Shown: positions 7,124-15,386 of the stretch, in pieces
Layout of the letters: each line of letters starts with the position of its first letter
Numbering within the stretch: position 1 is the stretch's first letter
Source: an archaeon
GTDB taxonomy: Archaea; Iainarchaeota; Iainarchaeia; Iainarchaeales; Iainarchaeaceae
Length of the DNA stretch: 27,350 nt
Direction: 5' to 3'
NCBI GenBank assembly: GCA_035289485.1
Contig: DATDXA010000047.1
Span: 1 to 27,350 of the forward strand
Made by a program: the position numbers and the translations under genes
The notes under the pieces: generated by a model
What the model saw: the letters and a program-made list of their open reading frames with translations, nothing else
Told to the model about the DNA's origin: nothing
Databases searched by the model: none

Positions 7124-7231
7124 ATGAGCAGAAAGAAAAACACAAGGCCAGCAGGAATCCTCGGAGAAGTGCGGATTATGGTCGCGGGTTCACCTTTCTC
7201 ATACCAGCCATACGACAGGAAAAAGAGGTGA
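7124..7231 (+). CDS. Putative 35-aa micropeptide MSRKKNTRPAGILGEVRIMVAGSPFSYQPYDRKKR
   Basis: ATG preceded by SD AGGTGG (7112-7117) and TATA TTTTAAAA (7084-7091). Its stop codon overlaps the SD of the next ORF. Confidence 0.55.
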   Translation: MSRKKNTRPAGILGEVRIMVAGSPFSYQPYDRKKR

Positions 7232-7236
7232 ACAAA

Positions 7237-7305
7237 ATGGATGGAAATGAAATGGTAATAGTCGTCATAAACGGCTCCCTATACTCGCTGCCAGTGAACT
7301 TCTAA
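7237..7305 (+). CDS. Putative 22-aa micropeptide MDGNEMVIVVINGSLYSLPVNF
   Basis: Strong SD GAGGTGA (7225-7231) 5 nt before the ATG. Shares a hydrophobic-strand-GS-x-aromatic-S pattern with the preceding peptide. Confidence 0.6.
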   Translation: MDGNEMVIVVINGSLYSLPVNF

Positions 7306-7405
7306 GTGCCCTGCAAAATAGGCAATTCAAGAAGAATCGGTTCGCGATTTTTACTTATCAGTTTTAACGGGATAATTAAAGACGCTTTCGGATGCAAACT
7401 TTATA

Positions 7406-8647
7406 ATGGAAAAGAAAACTGAAAAAGTCGAAAATAAGGCCCCCGCAGCGGAGCGGAAATCCGAAATCCCAAAGCTCTTTGTATCAATCGGAGTTGAGGA
7501 AGAAATCAAAAGAGGGCTATATGTTCTAAGCGCTCGCCAGGTCGAGAAAATAAAGGGCGAAGCAAAAGCAGGAGACCTCTCATGGGCCGTTGATGGCACC
7601 GGAAAATTCATTGCGCAGGCCTTCATAAACCCGCAAAACCAAATCCTTGCGCAAATTGTAAGCCTTTGGGAGAAGGAAAAAATCGATGATGCTTTTTTTC
7701 AGAAGAAAATTCTCGCTGCGGATGAATTCAGGCGCAAAGGCCTCGGACTCAAGAATTCTTACAGGCTTTTTTACGGCGAAGCGGATGGAATTCCAGGGCT
7801 TGTAGTTGACCGCTTCGAAAACATCTGCTCCCTTCAGATTTCATGCCCCGGAGTTGAGAAATGGAAGCAAAAAATAGCAGATTTTCTTCTAACTATTGAA
7901 GGCATCACTACAGTAGTTGAGCGCAATGATTTCCGCAACCGCGAAAAGCTAGGGCTCGAGGCAATGAAAGGGGTGCTTGCGGGTAACCCAAAAGTGCAGA
8001 CAGTAATCTCCGAGGGCGATGTAAAATTCGAAGTGGATGCAATCCGCGGGCACAAAACGGGGTTCTATTTGGATCAAACCGAGAACCGCCTCGCACTCGA
8101 AAAATACTGCTCGGAAGGAACACAGATGCTCGATGTTTTCTCCTACACCGGGGGCTTTGGGCTTCACGCAGCTGTGCGCGGCGCGAATGTTGTTATGATT
8201 GATCTTCCTGAAGCTCTGGGCCAAGCAAAGCGCAATGCAGCGCTCAATAATGTCGAATCAAAAATCACTTTTCTAGAAGGCCGCGCAATCGAGGAAACGA
8301 AGAAGATGATTTCAAACCCCAAGCGCTACGATATAATTTCAGTTGACCCTCCGGCGTTTGTGCAAAAGCCCTCGGATATTGCAAAGGGCAAGAGCGCGTA
8401 TCACCAAATCAATTACAATTGCATGAAACTTCTAAAGGAAAACGGAATTCTTGTAACAAGCTCTTGCAGCGCGGCTCTTTCGCTTGATGAATTCATCTCA
8501 GTGCTCTCAGAAGCCGCAAACCACGCGGCAAAGCGCGCTGAAATAGTTGAAGTGCGGTTCCAGAGCAGGGACCACATAGTTCCAGCGCACACAAAGCGCT
8601 TTGGGTCGTACTTAAAATGCATTTTTTTGCGCGTGCATGATAAGTAA
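7406..8647 (+). CDS. RlmI-like (COG1092) SAM-dependent RNA m5C methyltransferase
   Basis: GEADGIPGLVVDRF, GHKTGFYLDQ, LDVFSYTGGF, DPPAF, TSSCS and YLK motifs; PUA-like N-terminus. Confidence 0.9.
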   Translation: MEKKTEKVENKAPAAERKSEIPKLFVSIGVEEEIKRGLYVLSARQVEKIKGEAKAGDLSWAVDGTGKFIAQAFINPQNQILAQIVSLWEKEKIDDAFFQKKILAADEFRRKGLGLKNSYRLFYGEADGIPGLVVDRFENICSLQISCPGVEKWKQKIADFLLTIEGITTVVERNDFRNREKLGLEAMKGVLAGNPKVQTVISEGDVKFEVDAIRGHKTGFYLDQTENRLALEKYCSEGTQMLDVFSYTGGFGLHAAVRGANVVMIDLPEALGQAKRNAALNNVESKITFLEGRAIEETKKMISNPKRYDIISVDPPAFVQKPSDIAKGKSAYHQINYNCMKLLKENGILVTSSCSAALSLDEFISVLSEAANHAAKRAEIVEVRFQSRDHIVPAHTKRFGSYLKCIFLRVHDK

Positions 8648-8650
8648 AAT

Positions 8651-10069
8651 TCACTGCTTCTTTCTGAAAATCCAGCACATTGCAATGTTTATTGCCACAA
8701 TGAATAGTGCGGCTGCAACTATTATGTCATTGTTGTCAATCAGGTTTCCGTATACAAAAATCGGAAGCCCGATTAACAACGCACATGCCATGCCATTGAA
8801 TGCGCCTTTGGCTGTGAGCTTCTCCCAGTAGAGGCTAAGAAGTGTGGGAACAAGCAGCGAAGCGGCAATTGCGCCATAAAACCAGAAAAGCTGCTTGAGT
8901 CCAAACCCCGGTATATAAGTGCTCACGAATGCAACAACAAGCCCGAGCGCCAGAATCAGTATCATGCCGCTGCGTGGTGTTGAAAGGTCTTTTGAAACAG
9001 AATACTTTTTGATGTCCACAGTATAAATCGAGGAAAATGCGCTAAGTGCCGAGTCCAGAGTTGAGGCAAGGCCTGCTAGCAGCATCACAAAGAACGCAAT
9101 CAAAAACGCGCTTGGAAGGTAGTGTGCCACAAGCAGAACGCCAATCATTGAAGGGTCTGTTCCTTCAGGGAGCAAAATGCCTGAGCCAGGTGCTGCCGCG
9201 GCAAAGCCAAGAAGCGAAAGCGTGATTGGGACAATTCCAAACAGGATTGCTCCGGCCAGAAATCCGCGCTTTATGGATTTGCTCTCGAATGCAAAAGCCC
9301 TCTGCCAGAATTGCTGGTCAAGTATAGAACCTGCAATAAGACCGATCGAGGTAATGATTCCAAAAGAAAATGCAACTGCGGGATCAAAAATATCCGTGTG
9401 CAGCCCCGTAATACCTCCAAGGCCATTTTGTATTGCAGCAAGCCCTCCTGCCGCGCTGATTGCGGGGGGTATCACGATTATTAACCCTGCAAAAATCATG
9501 ATTAGCTGGACAAAATCCGTTACTACTGAGGATTCAAACCCCGCTGTCCATGCATAAATGAAAACAATTGCGGCCAGAAGAATAATGGCAACCGGAATTG
9601 GTATTCCTGTAAGAAGTGAAGTGAGGCTTGCGCCGACAAACAATTGCGTTGCCACTGCCATGAGCTGGTAAAAGCTTTGGCCAAGGAAATATATCTTGTG
9701 CACATTTTTATCGCCAAGGCGTTCGCTGATGTACTCTGCAAGTGTGTGCCCCTGTGGGAACTTTTCCCTTATGCGCGGGGCAAGGAATACAAATACTGCA
9801 ACGGCAATTACATTCGGGAAAACGAACCAGAAAATTCCGGGCAGCCCAAGCTGGTATGCCATCTGCGATGAGATGAAAAGCGCGGGGGCCCAAATCCACG
9901 AGGCCGCAATGCTTCCTGCGCCAAGCCACCAGTTCATTTTCCTGTCTGAAATTATAAAGTGCTCATTTGTGATGTTGCGGTGCTTTGTGAAAAACCAAGT
10001 GATAAGTATCATTGCCGCGCCGAATAATAGCAGCGTTAGATAGCCTTGCGGCTCGCTTAGAAATGTCAT
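8651..10069 (-). CDS. Sodium:solute symporter (SSS family, DUR3/PutP-like)
   Basis: About 13 hydrophobic segments; SIAASWIWAPAL, SVVTDFVQ, DQQFWQRAFA and STLDSAL motifs; SD GGGGGA. Confidence 0.88.
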   Translation of the reverse strand: MTFLSEPQGYLTLLLFGAAMILITWFFTKHRNITNEHFIISDRKMNWWLGAGSIAASWIWAPALFISSQMAYQLGLPGIFWFVFPNVIAVAVFVFLAPRIREKFPQGHTLAEYISERLGDKNVHKIYFLGQSFYQLMAVATQLFVGASLTSLLTGIPIPVAIILLAAIVFIYAWTAGFESSVVTDFVQLIMIFAGLIIVIPPAISAAGGLAAIQNGLGGITGLHTDIFDPAVAFSFGIITSIGLIAGSILDQQFWQRAFAFESKSIKRGFLAGAILFGIVPITLSLLGFAAAAPGSGILLPEGTDPSMIGVLLVAHYLPSAFLIAFFVMLLAGLASTLDSALSAFSSIYTVDIKKYSVSKDLSTPRSGMILILALGLVVAFVSTYIPGFGLKQLFWFYGAIAASLLVPTLLSLYWEKLTAKGAFNGMACALLIGLPIFVYGNLIDNNDIIVAAALFIVAINIAMCWIFRKKQ

Positions 10070-10199
10070 TTTTTATCCCCCTTTATTGCAAAAATTGTGT
10101 AGTGAGATTTCTTTCTCTCAATTTCCGCAACTTTGCTTAACTTCTTTACCTAAACCAATTAATCTGTACATATTGCCTTGGACGTTCTTAATGAGTCTT

Positions 10200-10221
10200 A
10201 GTGGTGGCATATGCCACCACT
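10200..10221. promoter_or_regulatory. Perfect 22-bp palindrome, probable operator
   Basis: AGTGGTGGCATATGCCACCACT directly abuts TATA TTTAAATA (10221-10228) of the TrmB-type gene, in the divergent gap to the symporter. Confidence 0.7.
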
Positions 10222-10250
10222 TTAAATAAAGTATTTTGCTTCATATTTTC

Positions 10251-11009
10251 ATGGATGTGAATGTCCTTGAGGAAATCGGGCTTAGCCCAAATGAGATTAA
10301 AGTATACGAAACCCTGCTCGGTATGGGCAGGACTTCGATAAATTCCCTCTCGGTTGAATCAAATGTCCACCGCAGGAATGTTTATGACAGCATTGAAAAG
10401 CTGATGAAAAAAGGGCTTGCAGCGCAGGAGTTCGTTTCCGGCACGATGTATGTGCGGCCGATAAACCCTACACGGCTTCTTGATATTGTCCGCGAAAAGG
10501 AGGCAAAGGTCAATTCCATTTTGCCAGAGCTCACAAAAAAATTCAGCAATAAAATCCAGAAGGAAGAGGCTGTGATATACCGCGGTATCGAAGGGGTAAA
10601 GAGCTATCTCAATGACATTCTTGAAGTCGATGAGCCTTTTTATTCGTGGGGCGCAAAAGGGTTCTGGCAAGATGAGCGGCTCAAATATTACATCCCGAAA
10701 TTCGACAGGCAGAGAATCAAGCAGGGGATACATTTCCGGCACATATTTGACTCTGAAGTAAAGTCAATGGCAAGTGAAATCCTAAAGCTGCGGATGAATG
10801 AATACAAATTCCTGCCGCCAGAATGCTCATCACTGATGTCGATTGATTTTTTCGGCGACCACGTTGTGATGTTTTACGGAGTTGGCCCAGGGCGCCTCTC
10901 TGAAGATCAGGTCCAGTTCTCGATTGTGAGCAAGAACATAGCCGATGGCTATAGAAAATATTTCGATTTCTTCTGGAACAATTTGGGCAAGGCGGTTAAA
11001 AGGAATTAG
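10251..11009 (+). CDS. TrmB-family transcriptional regulator
   Basis: LEEIGLSPNEIKVYETLL...HRRNVYDSIEKLMKKGL winged HTH, coiled linker, IYRGIEG motif and effector domain. Start at the ATG at 10251, 30 nt after the TATA. Confidence 0.9.
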   Translation: MDVNVLEEIGLSPNEIKVYETLLGMGRTSINSLSVESNVHRRNVYDSIEKLMKKGLAAQEFVSGTMYVRPINPTRLLDIVREKEAKVNSILPELTKKFSNKIQKEEAVIYRGIEGVKSYLNDILEVDEPFYSWGAKGFWQDERLKYYIPKFDRQRIKQGIHFRHIFDSEVKSMASEILKLRMNEYKFLPPECSSLMSIDFFGDHVVMFYGVGPGRLSEDQVQFSIVSKNIADGYRKYFDFFWNNLGKAVKRN

Positions 11010-11039
11010 GCGTATTAGTTGTATCAAAAAGGTCTTGTA

Positions 11040-11432
11040 ATGAAAACCAAAACCATAAAACAAATAGTGAATTTCAAGGCAGAGCCAGCGCAAGTTTACG
11101 AAGCGCTCATGGATTCAAAGAAGCATTCGAAGTTTACGGAGAGCAAATGCATAATCGGCAAAAGCGCGGGTGATTCCTTTTTCGCATACGATGGCTACAT
11201 CGAAGGCAAGAACATTGAGCTCGTCCCTGCAAAAAGAATTGTGCAGTCATGGCGCTCCGATGGCTGGCCGCAGGGCCATTACTCTGAAGTGATTTTCGAA
11301 TTCTCAAAAACCAAAACCGGAACCGAATTGAAGTTCACGCACAAGGGCGTTCCTGAAAACGATTTCGAGGAAAAATCGGATGGCTGGTATGGGCATTATT
11401 GGGACAAAATGAAAAGCGCGTTCAAGTGGTGA
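11040..11432 (+). CDS. SRPBCC / Aha1 C-terminal-like (AHSA1) domain protein
   Basis: VYEALMDSKKHSKFT, ELVPAKRIVQSWR, TELKFTHKGVP and GWYGHYWDKMK motifs. Confidence 0.88.
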   Translation: MKTKTIKQIVNFKAEPAQVYEALMDSKKHSKFTESKCIIGKSAGDSFFAYDGYIEGKNIELVPAKRIVQSWRSDGWPQGHYSEVIFEFSKTKTGTELKFTHKGVPENDFEEKSDGWYGHYWDKMKSAFKW

Positions 11433-11474
11433 TGCGCGCCATTCACCTTATTTTGCCAAAAATCCAAAAATGTT

Positions 11475-11864
11475 TCACATCTTCTTTAGTTCCTGCCAAA
11501 GCCCAAGAATGTTTCCTTCCGTGTCCTCAAAGTATGCGGCAATTCCTACCTCTCCAACATTCATCCCTTCGCGCACGATTTTGCCGCCGGCTTTTTTCAC
11601 CGCCTCAACTGCCTTGTCCATATTTTGCACGTTTATTGTTATTACTGGTTTTAGGATTGGCGCCTGCCTCTTTAGCATCCCTCCATTTATCGCTCCCGCT
11701 TCTTTTGGCATGTGAGTTTTCTCATCTATAGGAACCGTATGAACTCCCATGTACCCATCAAACCCCGGGTACTCTTCAAGTTTCCAGCCAAAAGCCGTTT
11801 CGTAAAATTTCTTTGACCTTTTCATGTCATCTGCGGGTATTTCAAAATGCACAACCTTGTCCAA
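11475..11864 (-). CDS. VOC / glyoxalase family protein
   Basis: VVHFEIPADD, FYETAFGW, GAINGG, AGGKIV and FEDTEGNILGLW motifs; TTG start with SD AGGTGA. Confidence 0.9.
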   Translation of the reverse strand: MDKVVHFEIPADDMKRSKKFYETAFGWKLEEYPGFDGYMGVHTVPIDEKTHMPKEAGAINGGMLKRQAPILKPVITINVQNMDKAVEAVKKAGGKIVREGMNVGEVGIAAYFEDTEGNILGLWQELKKM

Positions 11865-11885
11865 AAAATCACCTGAAAATGTTGC

Positions 11886-11905
11886 GGTTTAAATCCATTT
11901 AAACC
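11886..11905. promoter_or_regulatory. Inverted repeat overlapping the VOC gene promoter
   Basis: GGTTTAAAT-CC-ATTTAAACC, with two TTTAAA boxes, 22-41 nt upstream of the VOC start. Confidence 0.45.
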
Positions 11906-11997
11906 TTGCGAGGTGGTTAAGTGAGCGGTGCAAAAATCCGCGCCTGCCGAATGTGGAAATTTAAAAGACCTTCCAATGCAAAAGTCTATGCTGAAAA

Positions 11998-12071
11998 GGG
12001 AGAGTAGTATAGCTTGGTTAGTATCTACGCTTGGGGTGTGTAGGACCCCGGTTCAAATCCGGGCTCTCCCA
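11998..12071 (+). tRNA. tRNA-Pro(GGG)
   Basis: Acceptor GGGAGAG/CTCTCCC, anticodon arm TACGC-TT-GGG-GT-GTGTA, T arm CCCGG-TTCAAAT-CCGGG; followed by a pyrimidine run. Confidence 0.95.
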
Positions 12072-12081
12072 TTCCTTTTTC

Positions 12082-12642
12082 TCACGCGCCGCTGCCTATA
12101 TACAGCACCGCCAATATGCCGAGCGTATTTAGGGTATATGAAATCAGGAAGAACGACCTGTCGTTTATGGAAGTTGATGCCGCAAGTAGTGTCACCCCTA
12201 TTTCATCCGGCAGGGGAGATGCAACGATTATAGCGCCTAATGCCGGAAGCACAAGCGACATGAGCCTTTGGGGTATAAGCGAGATAATTTTTATGACCGC
12301 CCATTCCTTGGCAAATGTATCAAGCTCGTCCGAAAACGACTGCCTGATTATCTTGTAAATCACAAAATCCCCGAGGAACGCCCCAAAGCCCGCTATTGCC
12401 GCCGCAATGAAAATGTTCTGCGATTTTGCAAGTACCAGCAATATGGCTGTTGCAGGCCCTGCCGTGAAGCCGTACACATACATCATTCCCGCAACGAATG
12501 TCCCGATATATCCTGTATTGGCAAGGAATTCGCGCAGCGGCTGCATTGCGCTGGCGCTGACAATTAGATATGCCGCAACGAAAGTGGCCGCCAATGTCAG
12601 AAGCTTTGGGTATTTCACCCATTTCGGGGGATAGAGCGCCAT
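12082..12642 (-). CDS. Integral membrane protein, DedA/VTT-like
   Basis: Multiple TM helices; GAFLGDFVIYKIIR and ASPLPDEIG motifs reminiscent of the DedA superfamily. Start placed at the ATG at 12642. Confidence 0.7.
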   Translation of the reverse strand: MALYPPKWVKYPKLLTLAATFVAAYLIVSASAMQPLREFLANTGYIGTFVAGMMYVYGFTAGPATAILLVLAKSQNIFIAAAIAGFGAFLGDFVIYKIIRQSFSDELDTFAKEWAVIKIISLIPQRLMSLVLPALGAIIVASPLPDEIGVTLLAASTSINDRSFFLISYTLNTLGILAVLYIGSGA

Positions 12643-12692
12643 GGTTACCAGTTGCCTCTTAGAGATTAAAAGGTTTTTGCGAAAGCAAACGC

Positions 12693-13232
12693 TCAATGAA
12701 ATTCTGAATACCTTCTGTGGAGCCCTGCAATGGCTTCACTGAATGCCCGTTTGTCATTTTGTGTCATCTTGTAGCCGGAACCGGATGCAAACCTTTCAGA
12801 GCCACGGATAATGCGATTATTTTCGTCCACTTCAAACACCACTGGTATTTTTCCATACAGTGCAATAATGTCCACTATAAAAAATTTCTCCCCGCCAAAC
12901 CTTATTTTGAGTTCTGGTGAAGGATGGTAAAAGCCCCTGTTGCTTTCCATTATTTTTATTGCATCCTTTGGAAGCGCAACTTCCATTGGATTGGCAAAAG
13001 CATGTGCAAGGGCGTGTTTTCGTGCCTCTGAAGGGCCGTGTAATGGGCGTTTTTTTGCGGGAGTTTTCTGTTTTGATGGTTTTACATCGCCGGTCAAAAT
13101 CCGTGCGCCTGCAACTTTTGCGGGATTTAGTATGTTGATTGGGTCTGCAAGATTCATATGCGGATTTCCTGCTATCCTTTTTGCAGCGGGTTTTGCTCTT
13201 CTTTTCATTGAACCTCTCCGAATCAGCCTCAT
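12693..13232 (-). CDS. Hypothetical protein with basic disordered N-terminus
   Basis: 179-aa ATG-started ORF filling the gap upstream of the membrane protein; no recognisable family. Confidence 0.6.
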   Translation of the reverse strand: MRLIRRGSMKRRAKPAAKRIAGNPHMNLADPINILNPAKVAGARILTGDVKPSKQKTPAKKRPLHGPSEARKHALAHAFANPMEVALPKDAIKIMESNRGFYHPSPELKIRFGGEKFFIVDIIALYGKIPVVFEVDENNRIIRGSERFASGSGYKMTQNDKRAFSEAIAGLHRRYSEFH

Positions 13233-13402
13233 GCCAATATTACGCTTCTGTGTTTTTTATGCTTTCCCCAAAGCCGATTTTCCAAAGGCACAATTAGCCT
13301 GCGAAATCTTTAAGAAAAAATCGCCACTTCAGCCCAAAAACCCCTCGCACCGGCACCGAACCCCGACATTGTTTAAAAAGCGCCGCGGTGTGGAAAAATT
13401 AC

Positions 13403-15382
13403 ATGGGTTTCGAATTAGTTTCGCCTTTCAGGCCGGCAGGGGGCCAGCCGCAGGCAATTGAAAAGCTATCCGCGGGCTATTCTAAAAATGCGCGCCAGAC
13501 CTTGCTGGGAATTACGGGATCTGGCAAAACTTTCGTAATGGCAAACCTTATCCAAAAGGTCCAAAAGCCAACCCTTGTGCTCGCGCACAACAAAACCCTT
13601 GCAGCACAGCTCTACACCGAGTTCAAGGAACTATTCCCCAAAAACAGGGTCGAGTACTTCATTTCCTATTACGATTATTACCAGCCGGAGAGCTATATCC
13701 CTACCTCGGATTTGTACATCGAAAAAGAGGCTACGGTAAATGAGCAAATTGAAAAGATGCGCCTTCACGCTGTTGCAAGCCTAGTTTCCCGTGATGATGT
13801 TATTGTTGTCGCCTCGATTTCATGCATTTATGGCCTGGGAAACCCTGAGGATTTTTCAAACATGTCAATTGTTGTGCAAAAAGGAAAGGAAACAACGCGC
13901 TCAAAAATCATTGCAGGGCTTATTGAAATTCAGTATGAGCGAAACGACCAGGCGCTTGAACCGGGGAAATTTCGCGTGCGCGGCGACACCATTGATGTAA
14001 TCCCGGCGTACGAGGAAAATATTTTCAGATTGGAGCTCGAAGGGAATAAGGTTGCAAAGATTTCTGAAATACATCCAATCACTGCGGACACCGTTTCAGT
14101 TCTTGATGGGCTGCGGCTCTTTCCTGCAAAGCAATTCGTTGTGCCGCAGGAGAAGCAGAAGAGCGCAATCAATTCAATAAAAGCAGAACTCGAGCAGCAC
14201 CTCCCAACGCTCGGGCCGCTTGAAGCGGAGAGGCTTTCTAAGAGAGTAAAGTACGATGTTGAAATGATTCAGGAAATGGGCTATTGCAACGGAATAGAGA
14301 ATTATTCTCGCCACTTCGACGGGCGTGCACCCGGAAAGCCGCCTTATGTTCTTCTCGATTATTTCCCAAAGGATTTTTTGCTGATTGTTGATGAATCCCA
14401 CCAGACAATTCCGCAGTCGCGCGCGATGTACAACGGGGATTATGCGCGCAAGAAAAACCTTGTGGATTTTGGCTTCAGGCTCCCATCCGCGTTTGATAAC
14501 CGCCCCTTAAAATTTGATGAATTTGAAAAATATTTCAATCACGTGCTCTTTGTTTCCGCAACTCCAGCCGAGTATGAACTAAAACTCTCAGGGCAGATTG
14601 TGGAGCTCATAATCCGCCCAACAGGGCTTCTTGACCCGCTCGTTGAAGTGCGCCCTATTAAGAGCCAAATTCCTGATATGCTCTCTGAAATTGCAAAAGT
14701 GGTTGCGCGCGGCGAGCGCGTGCTTGTAACAACTCTTACAAAGCGCATGGCAGAAGACCTCACAGACTTTCTCTCAAAGGAGAATGTGAAGGTTCGTTAT
14801 ATGCACTCCGAAATTGAGAGCCTTGAGAGGATTGAACTCATCAGGCAGCTCCGTTCCGGAGAATTTGATGTTCTCGTTGGGATAAATCTTCTGCGCGAAG
14901 GCCTTGACCTTCCTGAAGTGAGCCTGATTTGCATTCTCGATGCGGATAAAGAAGGTTTTTTGCGCGATGAAAGAAGCCTTATCCAAACCATTGGGCGTGC
15001 CGCAAGAAACCTAAACGGAAAAGTTATACTTTATGCGGATGTAATGACACAGTCAATCCGCGGCGCTGTTGCAAAAACAAGAAAGAGGCGCGAAGAGCAG
15101 GAAAAATACAACAAGGAAAACGGCATCACGCCAATGACCATTGTGAAAACCCTTTCAGAAAAGAAGGGCACAGTGAAAGGGGTTAAGCACATGGGCAGAT
15201 TGGATGTTGAGAAAAAGATTGCAGAACTTGACGCGCAGATGCATGCAAGTGCAGAGGCGCTTGATTTTGAAAAGGCGATTGCTTTCCGCGACGCTCTTGA
15301 ATCCCTAAAGCAGGAGTACGCGCAGCTCAATTCAGAAAAAGAGTGGATTCAAAAAAAAGCCCAAGAAAAGAGTGAAAGGTGA
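13403..15382 (+). CDS. uvrB: Excinuclease ABC subunit B
   Basis: [25 protein letters not shown] beta-hairpin, [38 protein letters not shown] and a C-terminal UVR domain. Confidence 0.98.
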   Translation: MGFELVSPFRPAGGQPQAIEKLSAGYSKNARQTLLGITGSGKTFVMANLIQKVQKPTLVLAHNKTLAAQLYTEFKELFPKNRVEYFISYYDYYQPESYIPTSDLYIEKEATVNEQIEKMRLHAVASLVSRDDVIVVASISCIYGLGNPEDFSNMSIVVQKGKETTRSKIIAGLIEIQYERNDQALEPGKFRVRGDTIDVIPAYEENIFRLELEGNKVAKISEIHPITADTVSVLDGLRLFPAKQFVVPQEKQKSAINSIKAELEQHLPTLGPLEAERLSKRVKYDVEMIQEMGYCNGIENYSRHFDGRAPGKPPYVLLDYFPKDFLLIVDESHQTIPQSRAMYNGDYARKKNLVDFGFRLPSAFDNRPLKFDEFEKYFNHVLFVSATPAEYELKLSGQIVELIIRPTGLLDPLVEVRPIKSQIPDMLSEIAKVVARGERVLVTTLTKRMAEDLTDFLSKENVKVRYMHSEIESLERIELIRQLRSGEFDVLVGINLLREGLDLPEVSLICILDADKEGFLRDERSLIQTIGRAARNLNGKVILYADVMTQSIRGAVAKTRKRREEQEKYNKENGITPMTIVKTLSEKKGTVKGVKHMGRLDVEKKIAELDAQMHASAEALDFEKAIAFRDALESLKQEYAQLNSEKEWIQKKAQEKSER

Positions 15383-15386
15383 AAAA

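Noticed and set aside
7114..7305. 63-aa ORF from the ORF track
   Set aside because: Its GTG start lies within the SD of the 7124 ORF, and an internal strong SD precedes the ATG at 7237. Two short ORFs fit the signals better.
6108..12071. Genomic island bounded by two tRNA-Pro genes
   Set aside because: Both tRNAs are complete, different isoacceptors with divergent sequence. There is no integrase and no att-like 3' duplication, and the cargo looks like ordinary cellular genes.
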